A DNA stretch of 32,000 nt, taken from NCBI GenBank assembly GCA_003056265.1, contig NBVN01000002.1:150001-182000 (forward strand). Reading direction: 5' to 3'. The notes under the pieces were generated by a model. The model saw nothing but the letters and a program-made list of their open reading frames with translations, had not been told where the DNA came from and ran no database searches. This stretch comes from Zestosphaera tikiterensis. Its GTDB lineage: Archaea > Thermoproteota > Thermoprotei_A > Sulfolobales > NBVN01. A program made the translations under genes and the position numbers. Shown one piece after another: positions 9,632 through 18,715 of the stretch (positions within the stretch are counted from its first letter, which is position 1; each line of letters begins with the position of its first letter).

Positions 9632-9963
9632 AACACTTCACTAATATCAGCTCAGCTTAAGCTATATTAATAATTAATAATTATAATTAATACCCGCATC
9701 TACGAAAACCTTTCTAACAACGTCAAATACTATGATTAAAGCTAAACAACAAATGATGCACATGAGAAAATACGCAAGACTTGGTGTTTTTATAGATAAC
9801 TTACGTAGGGTCTCTTGGGTAGGGGGTTTGGTAGATATGCTTCTGCAGTTATTTAGATTTGGGGAAGGCGTTGTTTAGTTGGGAAGGGATGTTTACCACA
9901 GTGTTGGTGTGTTTTTAATGCCACAGTTCGTGAATGCTTTAAAGCTTTGATGGGGTGGTATAG

Positions 9964-10218
9964 ATGATTGTGTCTATGGTTTTCTACAGGGTTAGGAAGG
10001 TAACATATAAGGGTACGACGTACTACTACCTCTATAAGGAATGGTATGAGCCCGAGACAGGTAGAAGACGTAGTAAGTCTTTAGGAAGGTGCGACCTACT
10101 CGAAGAACAGATTAGGTGCGGGGGGTGGGATTCGAACCCACGCAGGCCTACGCCATCGGGGCCTAAGCCCGACCCCTTTGACCTGGCTCGGGCACCCCCG
10201 CCGAAAATAAAGGGATAG
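9964..10218 (+). pseudogene. N-terminal fragment Int(N) of an SSV-type (partitioning) tyrosine integrase, reading antisense through tRNA-Leu
   Basis: Residues 1-51 (..RKVTYKGTTYYYLYKEWYEPETGRRRSKSLG..) resemble the SSV1 integrase N-terminus (..[25 protein letters not shown]..). From 10117 the ORF is simply the antisense translation of the tRNA (GGWDSNPRR is the T-arm). This parallels ADPPGFEPG in SSV1 Int. Confidence 0.7.
10117..10201 (-). tRNA. tRNA-Leu (anticodon UAG), no intron, CCA not encoded
   Basis: Hand-folded. Acceptor GCGGGGG/CCCCCGC; anticodon stem TCGGG/CCCGA with loop CTTAGGC (U33, UAG, G37); long variable arm; T-arm GTGGG-TTCGAAT-CCCAC; A73. Confidence 0.93.
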
Positions 10219-10222
10219 CTGA

Positions 10223-10230
10223 ATTTATAA
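10223..10230 (-). promoter_or_regulatory. TATA box for tRNA-Leu
   Basis: TTATAAAT on the minus strand, centred about 25-26 nt upstream of the tRNA 5' end. Confidence 0.55.
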
Positions 10231-10236
10231 GGTTTA

Positions 10237-11400
10237 TTAAAGGTCCAACGATAAAGGTATTTCTAAATGCTGTTCTTTAGATATTTCAATTAACTCTTTT
10301 AACACGTTTTTATGGATTGGTATGCCGAGCTTCTTCCTAGTCTCCATTGTTAGCCAGGATTTCTCACCGGGGATCCAAACCTTATACGCTTTAGGGTGTT
10401 TTTTAAGTTCTTTAATTTCCTTAATGTACTTCGATATCCTTTCGTAGAAGGTGTTTTTATCCATGAAGAACTCTATATTTAAAGCTATGAAGGCATGTCC
10501 TACGTTGGCTTCCTTAACTGTTGTGTATCCTACATGAGGACCCCAAGCAGCACCTGATAAAATGCCTGATATAATATCTATAACTAATGACAGGCCTGAG
10601 CCTTTATGACCACCGAATTCCTCACCTAACCCTCCTAAAGGCAGTATTGAAGCCCGATGATTTTTAATAGCTTTTAAAACTTCCGACGCGTTACCCTTTA
10701 AGTAATTACCCTCGCTATCTATAACCCACCCCTCGGGGATTTCCCTCCCTAACTTAGCGTATATCTCTACCTTACCTACGGGAACAATGCTAGTGGCGGC
10801 ATCGAAAAGTATCGGCGGCGGTGTTGGCGTAGGTACAGCCACGGCTAGAGGGTTCGTACCTAAAAACCTACCTAACGAGTTTACGTAAGACACTAAAGCT
10901 TCAGAGTTAGTCATTGAGACGCCTATAAAGCCTTTATCAACAGCTTTTAAAGCATAGTAGCCGGCGATGCCGAAGTGATGGCTTCTTCTAACTAAAGAGA
11001 TGCCAATACCGTAGCTCTCGGCTTTAGCTATAGCTAAAGCCATAGCCTTAACCGACGTTGGATGCCCTAATCCATTATCACCATCGACTAACGCAGTAGC
11101 TCCTCTCTCAACAACTTTAATTTCTGGTTTCGGATTAACAGCACCGACTTTAATGCCGTCAACATATCTTTTAACTCTCTGAACGCCATGGCTTGAAATA
11201 CCCATTAAATCAGCTGTTACTAAAACGTCGGAAATTACCTCCGCATCCTCACTACGTAAACCTAAAGAAACGAAGATTTCCGTAACCCAAAATCTCAGCA
11301 GTTTATGATCTATACGTACATACTCCTTAGGATCAACTAGAACCTCTTTTTCAAACATGGTTAGGTCTGACGTCAGGAATACACACCCATTAATAAACAT
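10237..11400 (-). CDS. Ldh_2 family (malate / L-lactate / sulfolactate-type) 2-hydroxyacid dehydrogenase
   Basis: Signature MGISSHGVQRV..Y plus HHFGIAGYY. The true start is probably the internal ATG at 11358 (MFEKEV...). Confidence 0.8.
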   Translation of the reverse strand: MFINGCVFLTSDLTMFEKEVLVDPKEYVRIDHKLLRFWVTEIFVSLGLRSEDAEVISDVLVTADLMGISSHGVQRVKRYVDGIKVGAVNPKPEIKVVERGATALVDGDNGLGHPTSVKAMALAIAKAESYGIGISLVRRSHHFGIAGYYALKAVDKGFIGVSMTNSEALVSYVNSLGRFLGTNPLAVAVPTPTPPPILFDAATSIVPVGKVEIYAKLGREIPEGWVIDSEGNYLKGNASEVLKAIKNHRASILPLGGLGEEFGGHKGSGLSLVIDIISGILSGAAWGPHVGYTTVKEANVGHAFIALNIEFFMDKNTFYERISKYIKEIKELKKHPKAYKVWIPGEKSWLTMETRKKLGIPIHKNVLKELIEISKEQHLEIPLSLDL

Positions 11401-11503
11401 GTTTAAACACCTTAAATCTTAGAACTTGGTCGCAACGGTAAGTAGTAATCGATTATTAACGTTTTTATATTTCCACGTAGATAATCTCTTGGTGTGATAG
11501 GTA

Positions 11504-11818
11504 ATGAATAAAGACAAGATGGTAGGTATAACCCTCTTAATAGGTTCTATCGTCGTCATACTCGTTTACGGATGGCTCGTGTTCCTATCCGAATATTGGA
11601 AGATAGTACTTCAGTTAACAGGTTTCATAGCCGTAGCAGGAGTTTTCGGAATTTTAGCCTGGATAGGCTATACGTTAGCGACGACCCCACCGCCTAAGCC
11701 CATCGAGGAGATAGAAAAGGAGATTGAGGAAGAGTTGAAGAAACTTGAAACTGAAGGTAAGGTATCGACTCAGCAAGGCGTAGGAACTACAGACGTTAAC
11801 AAACAAGAGAGGGTTTAA
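11504..11818 (+). CDS. Small membrane protein (2 TM) with an acidic coiled C-terminus, function unknown
   Basis: 104 aa with two clear hydrophobic helices. GGTG lies upstream of the ATG. Confidence 0.55.
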   Translation: MNKDKMVGITLLIGSIVVILVYGWLVFLSEYWKIVLQLTGFIAVAGVFGILAWIGYTLATTPPPKPIEEIEKEIEEELKKLETEGKVSTQQGVGTTDVNKQERV

Positions 11819-11917
11819 ACCTTCTAAACTTGAAGTGGCGGTTAACCTGACGTCTTTGATTTAGGTGAACATATTCATAGCAGCAACAATTATGGATATG
11901 TAGTTAAACCCAACACT

Positions 11918-11924
11918 TTAAAAG
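11918..11924 (+). promoter_or_regulatory. Candidate TATA box of the uL3-uL4-uL23 operon
   Basis: TTTAAAA about 60 nt upstream of the rpl3 ATG, followed by GGTG/GGAG SD motifs at 11975-11984. Confidence 0.4.
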
Positions 11925-11984
11925 TATTTAAGCATCCACTTACGTCATGTTTTAGGATTGAAGTTTGGTGTTTAGGTGTAGGAG

Positions 11985-13004
11985 ATGGCTAGGAGGAAGC
12001 TGAAAGCGCCGAGGCGTGGTTCATTAGGTGTTAGACCTAGGAAGAGAGCTGAGGAATTTGTGCCTAGGGTTAAGTCATGGCCTGAAGTAAGTTTAGAAGT
12101 GCCTAAACCTTTAGGCTTCCTAGGATATAAAGCCGGAATGACACACGTGCTGATGATTGACGATCGTGTTGGGCGAGCAACTTACGGCCAACAAATATTC
12201 GTTCCAGTAACCGTTATCGAGACTCCACCCATGATACCTTTAGCCGCTAGATTTTATGAAGCCACCGTAGGTGGTTTAAAAACCTTAACTGAAGTTTGGG
12301 TTACGCCACCTGAGGAACTTGAAATACATAGAAGGATAAAAACATTATCAGTAAGTACAGACGCTTTTGAAAGAGCTTTAAGAAAGGTAGAGTCGGAGAA
12401 GCAGAATATAGCTAGGGTTTCTTTGATAATGGCCTCTCAACCTAAACTTGCTGGTGGTTTAAGCAAGAAAGTGCCGGATATCATAGAGGTTAAAGTTGGT
12501 GGAAACAGCCTTGAAGAGATTATTAAATATGCCTTAGACGTTTTAGGCAAGCCAGTTAGGGTTAACGACGTTTTTAACGTAGGGCAGTTCATCGACGTCA
12601 TAGGAGTTACTAAGGGGAAGGGCTTCCAAGGAGTTATTAAGCGATTTGGTGTGAAGGAATTGCCTAGATGGCATAAGCATAGGAAGGGGTCTAGAAGGGT
12701 AGGTTCCAGAAGCCCCACCATGGGAGCTATAAGCCCAGTGCCACAACCAGGTCAAATGGGATTCCATAGAAGGACGGAACTGAATAAGAGGATATTGATT
12801 ATAGGCGATGACGGAAGTAAGATAACCCCTGTAAGTGGTTTCCCACATTATGGAATAGTGAGAAGTGATTACATCGTTGTTGCTGGTTCAGTTCAAGGCA
12901 CGCCTAAAAGACCTTTAGTGCTTAGATGGGCGATAAGACCGCCGACGTGGTCGCCTAAAGAACCGCCTAAGATCACTTATATAAGCCTTGAGAGTAAGAT
13001 CTAG
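11985..13004 (+). CDS. rpl3: 50S ribosomal protein uL3
   Basis: N-terminus RRGSLGVRPRKRA and motif GVTKGKGFQGVIKRFGV. 339 aa is the archaeal size. Confidence 0.95.
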   Translation: MARRKLKAPRRGSLGVRPRKRAEEFVPRVKSWPEVSLEVPKPLGFLGYKAGMTHVLMIDDRVGRATYGQQIFVPVTVIETPPMIPLAARFYEATVGGLKTLTEVWVTPPEELEIHRRIKTLSVSTDAFERALRKVESEKQNIARVSLIMASQPKLAGGLSKKVPDIIEVKVGGNSLEEIIKYALDVLGKPVRVNDVFNVGQFIDVIGVTKGKGFQGVIKRFGVKELPRWHKHRKGSRRVGSRSPTMGAISPVPQPGQMGFHRRTELNKRILIIGDDGSKITPVSGFPHYGIVRSDYIVVAGSVQGTPKRPLVLRWAIRPPTWSPKEPPKITYISLESKI

Positions 13005-13020
13005 CTTTAGGTGAGGATGA

Positions 13021-13833
13021 ATGGCGCATAAGGTAATGCTTTTAGGTCAGATAGAGGCGAAGACCGTACCGTTACTAAACCTAAACGGTGAAGCAGTTGG
13101 TGAGGTAGTCCTCCCACCCATATTTAACTACCCGCTACGTAAGGATTTAATTAGAAGGGCTTTCCACGCAGCACACACAGCTAGTTTACAGCCTAAGGGT
13201 AGGGATCCCCTTGCAGGGAAACGAAGAGTTGGTGAGTCTTGGGGGTTAGGACATAGCGTTGCTAGAGTGCCTAGACTTGATAACGGTCGTGCTGTATTCG
13301 CCCCTATGGTTAGGGGTGGGAGGTTAGCCCACCCGCCTAAGGTGGAGAAGGTTATTAAGGAGTTAATAAACAAGAAAGAACGTGTCAGGGCTTTAATTTC
13401 AGCTATAGCCGCAACTGCTGACATCACCTTAGTTAAGGCTAGAGGGCATTTATTCACGGCATCGCAACTACCTATCGTGGTCGTGGACGACTTAGTCAAC
13501 GTCGGTAAAGCCTCTGAAGCTAAGGAAGTCCTTAAGAAACTTGGTGTATGGGATGACGTGGTTAGAGCCGCTGAAAGAACTAGAATTAGAGCTGGGAAAG
13601 GCAAGATGAGGGGTAGAAAGTACGTAACGCCTAAGTCTGTCTTAATAGTCACGCATGAAGATCTACCCAACGCATATAAAGCTTTTAGGAACTTACCTGG
13701 CGTTGATGTCGTCCCTGTAAGGTTGTTAAGCGTTATCCACCTAGCTCCGGGTGGATGGCCTGGAAGGCTTACTATATACACGAAATCCGCAGTTGAAGCT
13801 TTGAAGGAGAGGTTTGAGGTGGTGCGCGGATGA
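13021..13833 (+). CDS. rpl4: 50S ribosomal protein uL4
   Basis: Motifs [12 protein letters not shown] and [23 protein letters not shown] lies 6 nt upstream. The position is correct for the operon. Confidence 0.93.
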   Translation: MAHKVMLLGQIEAKTVPLLNLNGEAVGEVVLPPIFNYPLRKDLIRRAFHAAHTASLQPKGRDPLAGKRRVGESWGLGHSVARVPRLDNGRAVFAPMVRGGRLAHPPKVEKVIKELINKKERVRALISAIAATADITLVKARGHLFTASQLPIVVVDDLVNVGKASEAKEVLKKLGVWDDVVRAAERTRIRAGKGKMRGRKYVTPKSVLIVTHEDLPNAYKAFRNLPGVDVVPVRLLSVIHLAPGGWPGRLTIYTKSAVEALKERFEVVRG

Positions 13834-14093
13834 AGAACTTTGGTGAAGTTATCAAGAGAGCGTTAGCTACAGAAAAAGCGTTAACCCTTATAGAGAAGCA
13901 GAACACTTTAACCTTCATAGTTGATCTTAAGTCAAGTAAAGGTGAAATCAAAGAAGCTGTTGAGAAAGCATTCGGAGTTAAGGTTGAGGAGGTTAGGACT
14001 CTAATAACACCTAAGGGTGAGAAGAAAGCATACGTTAAACTAGCTCCAGAGTTTAAAGCTAGCGACATAGCTACTAGATTAGGTCTTATTTAG
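13830..14093 (+). CDS. rpl23: 50S ribosomal protein uL23
   Basis: 87 aa, coupled to the rpl4 stop by an ATGA overlap. It follows the canonical operon order and has a typical uL23 sequence ([14 protein letters not shown]...K.EIK.AVEK.F.VKV..V.T). Confidence 0.9.
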   Translation: MKNFGEVIKRALATEKALTLIEKQNTLTFIVDLKSSKGEIKEAVEKAFGVKVEEVRTLITPKGEKKAYVKLAPEFKASDIATRLGLI

Positions 14094-14100
14094 CTGCTGA

Positions 14101-14250
14101 CGGCCCCTGCTGTTTATGGCAGGGGTTCTCCCCCTAGGGCTTCCATCACCTCTCTGGAGCCCCTCACCGGGAGTGCATCACCCATCAGCTCCCGCCGTCA
14201 ACTCCGGGAAGGTGTGGGTCTCATCCCAAGCTACGGTTGCCCACACCCAA
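14101..14250. other. G+C-rich hairpin-rich element X. It may be a structured RNA or a repeat element; strand and family are unresolved.
   Basis: About 65% G+C over 14101-14220 by my count. Hairpins: 14104-14110/14119-14125 (7 bp), 14168-14173/14189-14194 (6 bp), 14211-14218/14240-14247 (8 bp). Palindrome CCCTAGGG at 14132-14139. No tRNA T-loop is present. Confidence 0.5.
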
Positions 14251-14274
14251 CCCAATATCTATTAAGTTAGAGAA

Positions 14275-14308
14275 AGCTTATAAACATTTACCCCGCCTTA
14301 AAAGGCGG
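14275..14308 (+). promoter_or_regulatory. Promoter P1: TATA block AGCTTATAAAC plus inverted repeat CCGCCTT-AA-AAGGCGG over the expected transcription start
   Basis: TATA at 14278-14284 and palindrome at 14293-14308. SD AGGTGA at 14319-14324 lies 5 nt before GTG 14330. The block is near-identically duplicated at 15202-15238. Confidence 0.6.
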
Positions 14309-14329
14309 AGCCTCAAACAGGTGATTTAG

Positions 14330-15046
14330 GTGTTTAGATTTGGTGTTGAAGGTTTCGATGAGTTATTAGGTGATGTTTTAAGTCCTGGCACTTTATTTGT
14401 TATCGCGGGGTATCCGGGGTCTGGTAAGACCGTATTCGCTGTTTCTACGTGTTACGCTAACGCTGTTAGAGGGCATCGATGCGCTTACGTTACTTTTAAC
14501 GAGGATAGGGTTAAGCTTTATAGGTTTATGAAGAATTTTAACATGGATTTAGAGAAGCTTGAGTCTGAAGGGTTGTTTAGCTTCCGTAAGTTGCCGGTTG
14601 TTAACGATCCTGAGATAGTTATGAATGAGTTAAGTAATGTAATGAATTCAGTTAAACCTGAGGTTTTAGTCATTGATAGCGTAACGCCTTTAATTAAGGC
14701 TATGAAAGACCGCTTAGAGAGTAGGGCAGTTCTTCAAAACTTTTTCTACGAGTTAGCAACCTTCTCTAAGGGTTTGGTAATTCTCATAGTTGAGAAACCC
14801 CTATACGGTGAACTTGAAGATTTAGGGGATATCGAATTCGTTGCTGACGTAATCGTGGAATTCACGTATAACATAACAGCAGGCCTTCTAAGTAGGTTTT
14901 TAAAAGTAGTTAAAGCAAGGAGTAAACACCTAACGATGGTTGAACTACCCTTCGCTATAACATCAGGCAAGGGAACTGAAATGACCCTCTCCCCGCCTTT
15001 AAAAGCGGGGTTTCACTGCTGGGTCTTAAGCGATACCCCTCCTTAA
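14330..15046 (+). CDS. Single-domain KaiC/RadC-like RecA-superfamily ATPase (Walker A and B intact)
   Basis: The N-terminus GVEGFDELLG is followed by Walker A GYPGSGKT and Walker B EVLVIDSV. The C-terminal RFLKVVKARSKH...FAITSGKG is typical of COG0467 proteins. The last ~18 aa are encoded by repeat element Y. Confidence 0.8.
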   Translation: MFRFGVEGFDELLGDVLSPGTLFVIAGYPGSGKTVFAVSTCYANAVRGHRCAYVTFNEDRVKLYRFMKNFNMDLEKLESEGLFSFRKLPVVNDPEIVMNELSNVMNSVKPEVLVIDSVTPLIKAMKDRLESRAVLQNFFYELATFSKGLVILIVEKPLYGELEDLGDIEFVADVIVEFTYNITAGLLSRFLKVVKARSKHLTMVELPFAITSGKGTEMTLSPPLKAGFHCWVLSDTPP

Positions 15047-15199
15047 GGGGGTTACGGGACACCTCCATCAATCATCGACCTCTAAGGGCCTCAAACTTCA
15101 TGTGGGAGGCATTGTATGGGTTATGTGCTTTAGTTGATATTGTTTGAGGTTTGCCTCCCACACACATTAAACATCATCACCAAAAATAAACTAAGAACA
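14991..15199. other. Element Y, a diverged paralog of element X. It overlaps the 3' end of the first ATPase gene.
   Basis: Hairpin 14991-14996/15005-15010, palindromic CCCCTCCTTAAGGGGG at 15036-15051, CCATCA at 15065-15070, and a 10-bp stem 15101-15110/15153-15162. These occur in the same order as in X. Confidence 0.5.
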
Positions 15200-15201
15200 A
15201 C

Positions 15202-15994
<793 letters not shown>

Positions 15995-16007
15995 AAACCT
16001 TTTTAAC

Positions 16008-17108
16008 TTAAGTCTTAAGTACGTTGATAGCTTTCGGGTTCTTAACCCTTAAAGTTAAGGTCTCCCAAACCCTATATTTATGTTCATCTGCTTCAGGACC
16101 TATGTAATCAACTACGGTATCTGCGGCTACGACCAAGTCTATATAGTGTTTATTAGTTGATACTATAACCGCTACGTCATCGCTTAATTGAGGTATTTGA
16201 ACAACGTCTGAAACTAACACCTTAACCCTCTCCAACTCCAGAACCCCTGCTCTTTCGTGATATCTAAGTAGCTTAGAATACCTTCCAGGACTTAAGAACA
16301 GTACGTAAGGCGGGGCCACGCCTTCGTTAAGCATTGCCTTAACAGCTTTAGCCACCTCCTCAACAGCACTTCCCGGCTCGGACCAATCGCTTACGGGGGT
16401 TTTGAGGGAACCTTCACATGTTAAAAGCCCTGGAATGCCTAAGTCTGCCTTACCTTCAAGAACGAATGAATCTTCCTGAAAAGCTAGTTTAACCGCCGCG
16501 TTTGAAGCCGTAGGTAATTCAAGCTCTAAACCCGCCTTACTTAAGTAGTCTAAAGTCCTTACTTTAACGTTAAACTCAACGCTGATTTCATGCATGGGTA
16601 AGTACTTAAGGTGTTTTGTCTTGATGACGTCGCCGGTCGTGTCAACAACCTCCACTAGGACGTTCTCCACACCTCTGCCTACGTACGTTACCGGTATGTA
16701 GTGGCGGAACTTACGGGTTTTATCGGCGTATTCTCTAACCTTATCAGCTATTTTGCTGGTTAAACCCTCCTCAACTTTAACGTTGCTTTCTCCAGGCGGG
16801 TCTTTAGCTTCGATCCCTGTTAACGCCTTAACCTCCTCAGCACCAGCTGCTAACTCGGCCACCTGCTCCGGGTCTAAACTCTTTAACAGCGTTAAGAACT
16901 CCCCAACATGCGTTTTCTCTTCTTTAGCTATGTCTTCAAATACTTTACGATACCTCTCATCCTCTACATACCTAGCGAATTGAAGGTATAGGTTTATAGC
17001 GTCTAACTCAGCTATAACTGAAAGCCTTAAAGCTTCAGCAAGCTCTTCCTTACTAAACTTCCTTAAAGGAGGTAGTTCTAATGGATGCTTACCTAGCAAA
17101 GACACCAC
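16008..17108 (-). CDS. Encapsulin (HK97-fold, linocin M18-type) shell protein with an N-terminal fused ferritin-like (EncFtn/Flp) domain
   Basis: The N-terminal ~95 aa carry E..AI..Y and EEKTH (ExxH) di-iron motifs. The remaining ~270 aa are shell-like. The architecture matches the Pyrococcus furiosus PfV-type fusion. Confidence 0.75.
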   Translation of the reverse strand: MVSLLGKHPLELPPLRKFSKEELAEALRLSVIAELDAINLYLQFARYVEDERYRKVFEDIAKEEKTHVGEFLTLLKSLDPEQVAELAAGAEEVKALTGIEAKDPPGESNVKVEEGLTSKIADKVREYADKTRKFRHYIPVTYVGRGVENVLVEVVDTTGDVIKTKHLKYLPMHEISVEFNVKVRTLDYLSKAGLELELPTASNAAVKLAFQEDSFVLEGKADLGIPGLLTCEGSLKTPVSDWSEPGSAVEEVAKAVKAMLNEGVAPPYVLFLSPGRYSKLLRYHERAGVLELERVKVLVSDVVQIPQLSDDVAVIVSTNKHYIDLVVAADTVVDYIGPEADEHKYRVWETLTLRVKNPKAINVLKT

Positions 17109-17305
17109 CTTGATTATATATTCTTAAGCCCTAATTAAGTTTAAGGGTTAAGCATTAACTTACGTCATTTATGGAAGGCCTTCCCTGAAGTTACGCCTCA
17201 ACTTAAGTAAATAATTAATAAATGAAGTTAACCTTCGCGGTTTACACGCCTTACATGAGGTTAACTATTTAAGCATACCTTACATATAGGTTTTGGTGTT
17301 GTGTA

Positions 17306-17806
17306 ATGGATTACGTGAGTGAAGCAGTTAAGGAAGTCTCTAAGCTTATGGTTTTATCGGCGATTACAGCACCTAAAGCTAGAGGTAAAGATAACTTAGT
17401 GATTAAAGTCCTTGAAAGTAGGGAGGAGCTGGAGTCTTTAGCTAAGAAAATGGAGGAGTTAGCACCGATTTACGGTGATTTCTTCGCTAGAGACGCTGTT
17501 AACGTAAGGCAAAGCGATGCCGTAGTTTTGATAGGGTGTAAGTTAATTGATATAGGGCTTAAAACGCCTAACGCTTGGAAAGCCGACGTTAACTTAGCAT
17601 GTAGCTTAGTAAACTTAGGCATAGCGGTAGGCTCCGCAGTTAAAACAGCATCCCTTCTAAACGTAGATAATAGGGTTATGTTCACCGCTGGTGTAGCAGC
17701 TCAGGAGCTATGTCTTATAGACGCTGACGTAGCTTTAGGAATACCTTTAAGCGCTACAGCTAAAAACGTATACTTTGATAGAAGGTGGCCTCCACCTAAA
17801 CCTTAA
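17306..17806 (+). CDS. Conserved hypothetical protein, DUF2148-like (tentative)
   Basis: 166 aa. The SAITAPKARGKDN motif resembles the TAPKxxGxD signature I associate with DUF2148. I cannot verify this without a profile search. Confidence 0.4.
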   Translation: MDYVSEAVKEVSKLMVLSAITAPKARGKDNLVIKVLESREELESLAKKMEELAPIYGDFFARDAVNVRQSDAVVLIGCKLIDIGLKTPNAWKADVNLACSLVNLGIAVGSAVKTASLLNVDNRVMFTAGVAAQELCLIDADVALGIPLSATAKNVYFDRRWPPPKP

Positions 17807-17860
17807 GAAATAGCTAACTAACGTTTATTAAATCCCTTACTCGATTCTCAGACTAACGCC

Positions 17861-18610
17861 TTAAGCTATTTGATAGTCGGTTGGTTTCCCATACCATTTT
17901 ATCACTTCAAATAGTCTCTCTGGGTTTTTACTGTAGAGCCTGTATTTAAGGGATGTCCTACCTGATTTTTGAATTATGTCTACGTACTTTCTTTTATTAT
18001 TGAAGAGAACCCTATACTTACCGCTTTCCAACGGGAAGGACAGTACGATATTTGAACTTACTAACCCTCTGTCGTAAACCTCATATGAGTTAAGCACTTG
18101 AACGAATTCTTTAACGGATCTCCTACTAAGCTGATTTACTACATTAATTAAGACGTAAGGAACTTCATAACCTATTAAGTACATGAAAGCTTTATACGTT
18201 AGGTCTACACCCTCACCCAATAAAGCGTTGACGTAAGGGAAGTATATGTAGTACCACACGAAAAACAACGGTAACGTAATTAAGCTAATCATAGAAAGCC
18301 GTAACATAGGTTTTAACTCGTTAATTAACTCCACATCATTTCTTTGAATTTCTGAAACCTCACTGAAGTCAGCTTTATATAGAAGCCTACCGCTTTTAAT
18401 CTCGCTTAAAGGTACTTTACTAGCGCTTCTTGACTTACGCATCATGTAAGTTGTGAAGATTAAAGCGCTGATGAAAAATAGGATGAACGTATACGTGTAG
18501 AGTTCCGGATGAAATACGTTAACAACAACCAATACAAATATTAAGAACTGGCTGTAAAGAATTGAAATCAGCAACTGCCTTCTACTCTGGTAGTAAGCCA
18601 TCCTCAACAC
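17861..18610 (-). CDS. Integral membrane protein (about 4 TM) with a C-terminal soluble domain, function unknown
   Basis: 249-aa ORF with two pairs of hydrophobic helices. I recognise no motifs. Confidence 0.5.
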   Translation of the reverse strand: MLRMAYYQSRRQLLISILYSQFLIFVLVVVNVFHPELYTYTFILFFISALIFTTYMMRKSRSASKVPLSEIKSGRLLYKADFSEVSEIQRNDVELINELKPMLRLSMISLITLPLFFVWYYIYFPYVNALLGEGVDLTYKAFMYLIGYEVPYVLINVVNQLSRRSVKEFVQVLNSYEVYDRGLVSSNIVLSFPLESGKYRVLFNNKRKYVDIIQKSGRTSLKYRLYSKNPERLFEVIKWYGKPTDYQIA

Positions 18611-18715
18611 TCACAATCTAATTAAATCCAACCCTTATAAGCAAAGTTTAAGTACACCCCTATTAAGGTAGGGCCTTTTTAGGTAATTTAACCTAAGACA
18701 AAACACGGTGGTTAA

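Noticed and set aside
1-9963. attL or a second copy of the tRNA-Leu 3' half that would delimit an intact integrated element
   Set aside because: No copy of GGGATTCGAACCC or adjacent tRNA sequence was found by eye. The best resemblance, GGGGGTTATCGAGGAC at about 7243-7258, is too weak to call.
9964-10218. Treating the 84-aa ORF as an intact functional gene
   Set aside because: Its last 33 codons are the antisense of tRNA-Leu and flanking DNA. Only the first ~51 residues are integrase-like. It is a split-gene remnant, not a complete protein.
14101-14250. Element X as 5S rRNA or a split/intron-containing tRNA
   Set aside because: On the minus strand CCCGGAGUUGACGGC loosely recalls the 5S CCCGGAAGUUAAGCC motif. 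However, the overall helix I-V layout and termini do not fit. No T-loop (GTTCRAATC) is present on either strand.
15174-15180. Canonical C/D box sRNA on the minus strand of element Y (GUGAUGA about 28 nt downstream of the TATA)
   Set aside because: No D or D' box (CUGA) occurs at the required 12-nt guide spacing downstream, and there is no terminal stem. I kept it only as a K-turn-like motif observation.
17173-17184. Perfect 12-bp palindrome GGAAGGCCTTCC in the divergent region between the encapsulin and DUF2148-like genes, as a possible operator
   Set aside because: About 8 perfect 12-bp palindromes are expected by chance in 32 kb (32000/4^6). There is no second copy or other supporting feature.
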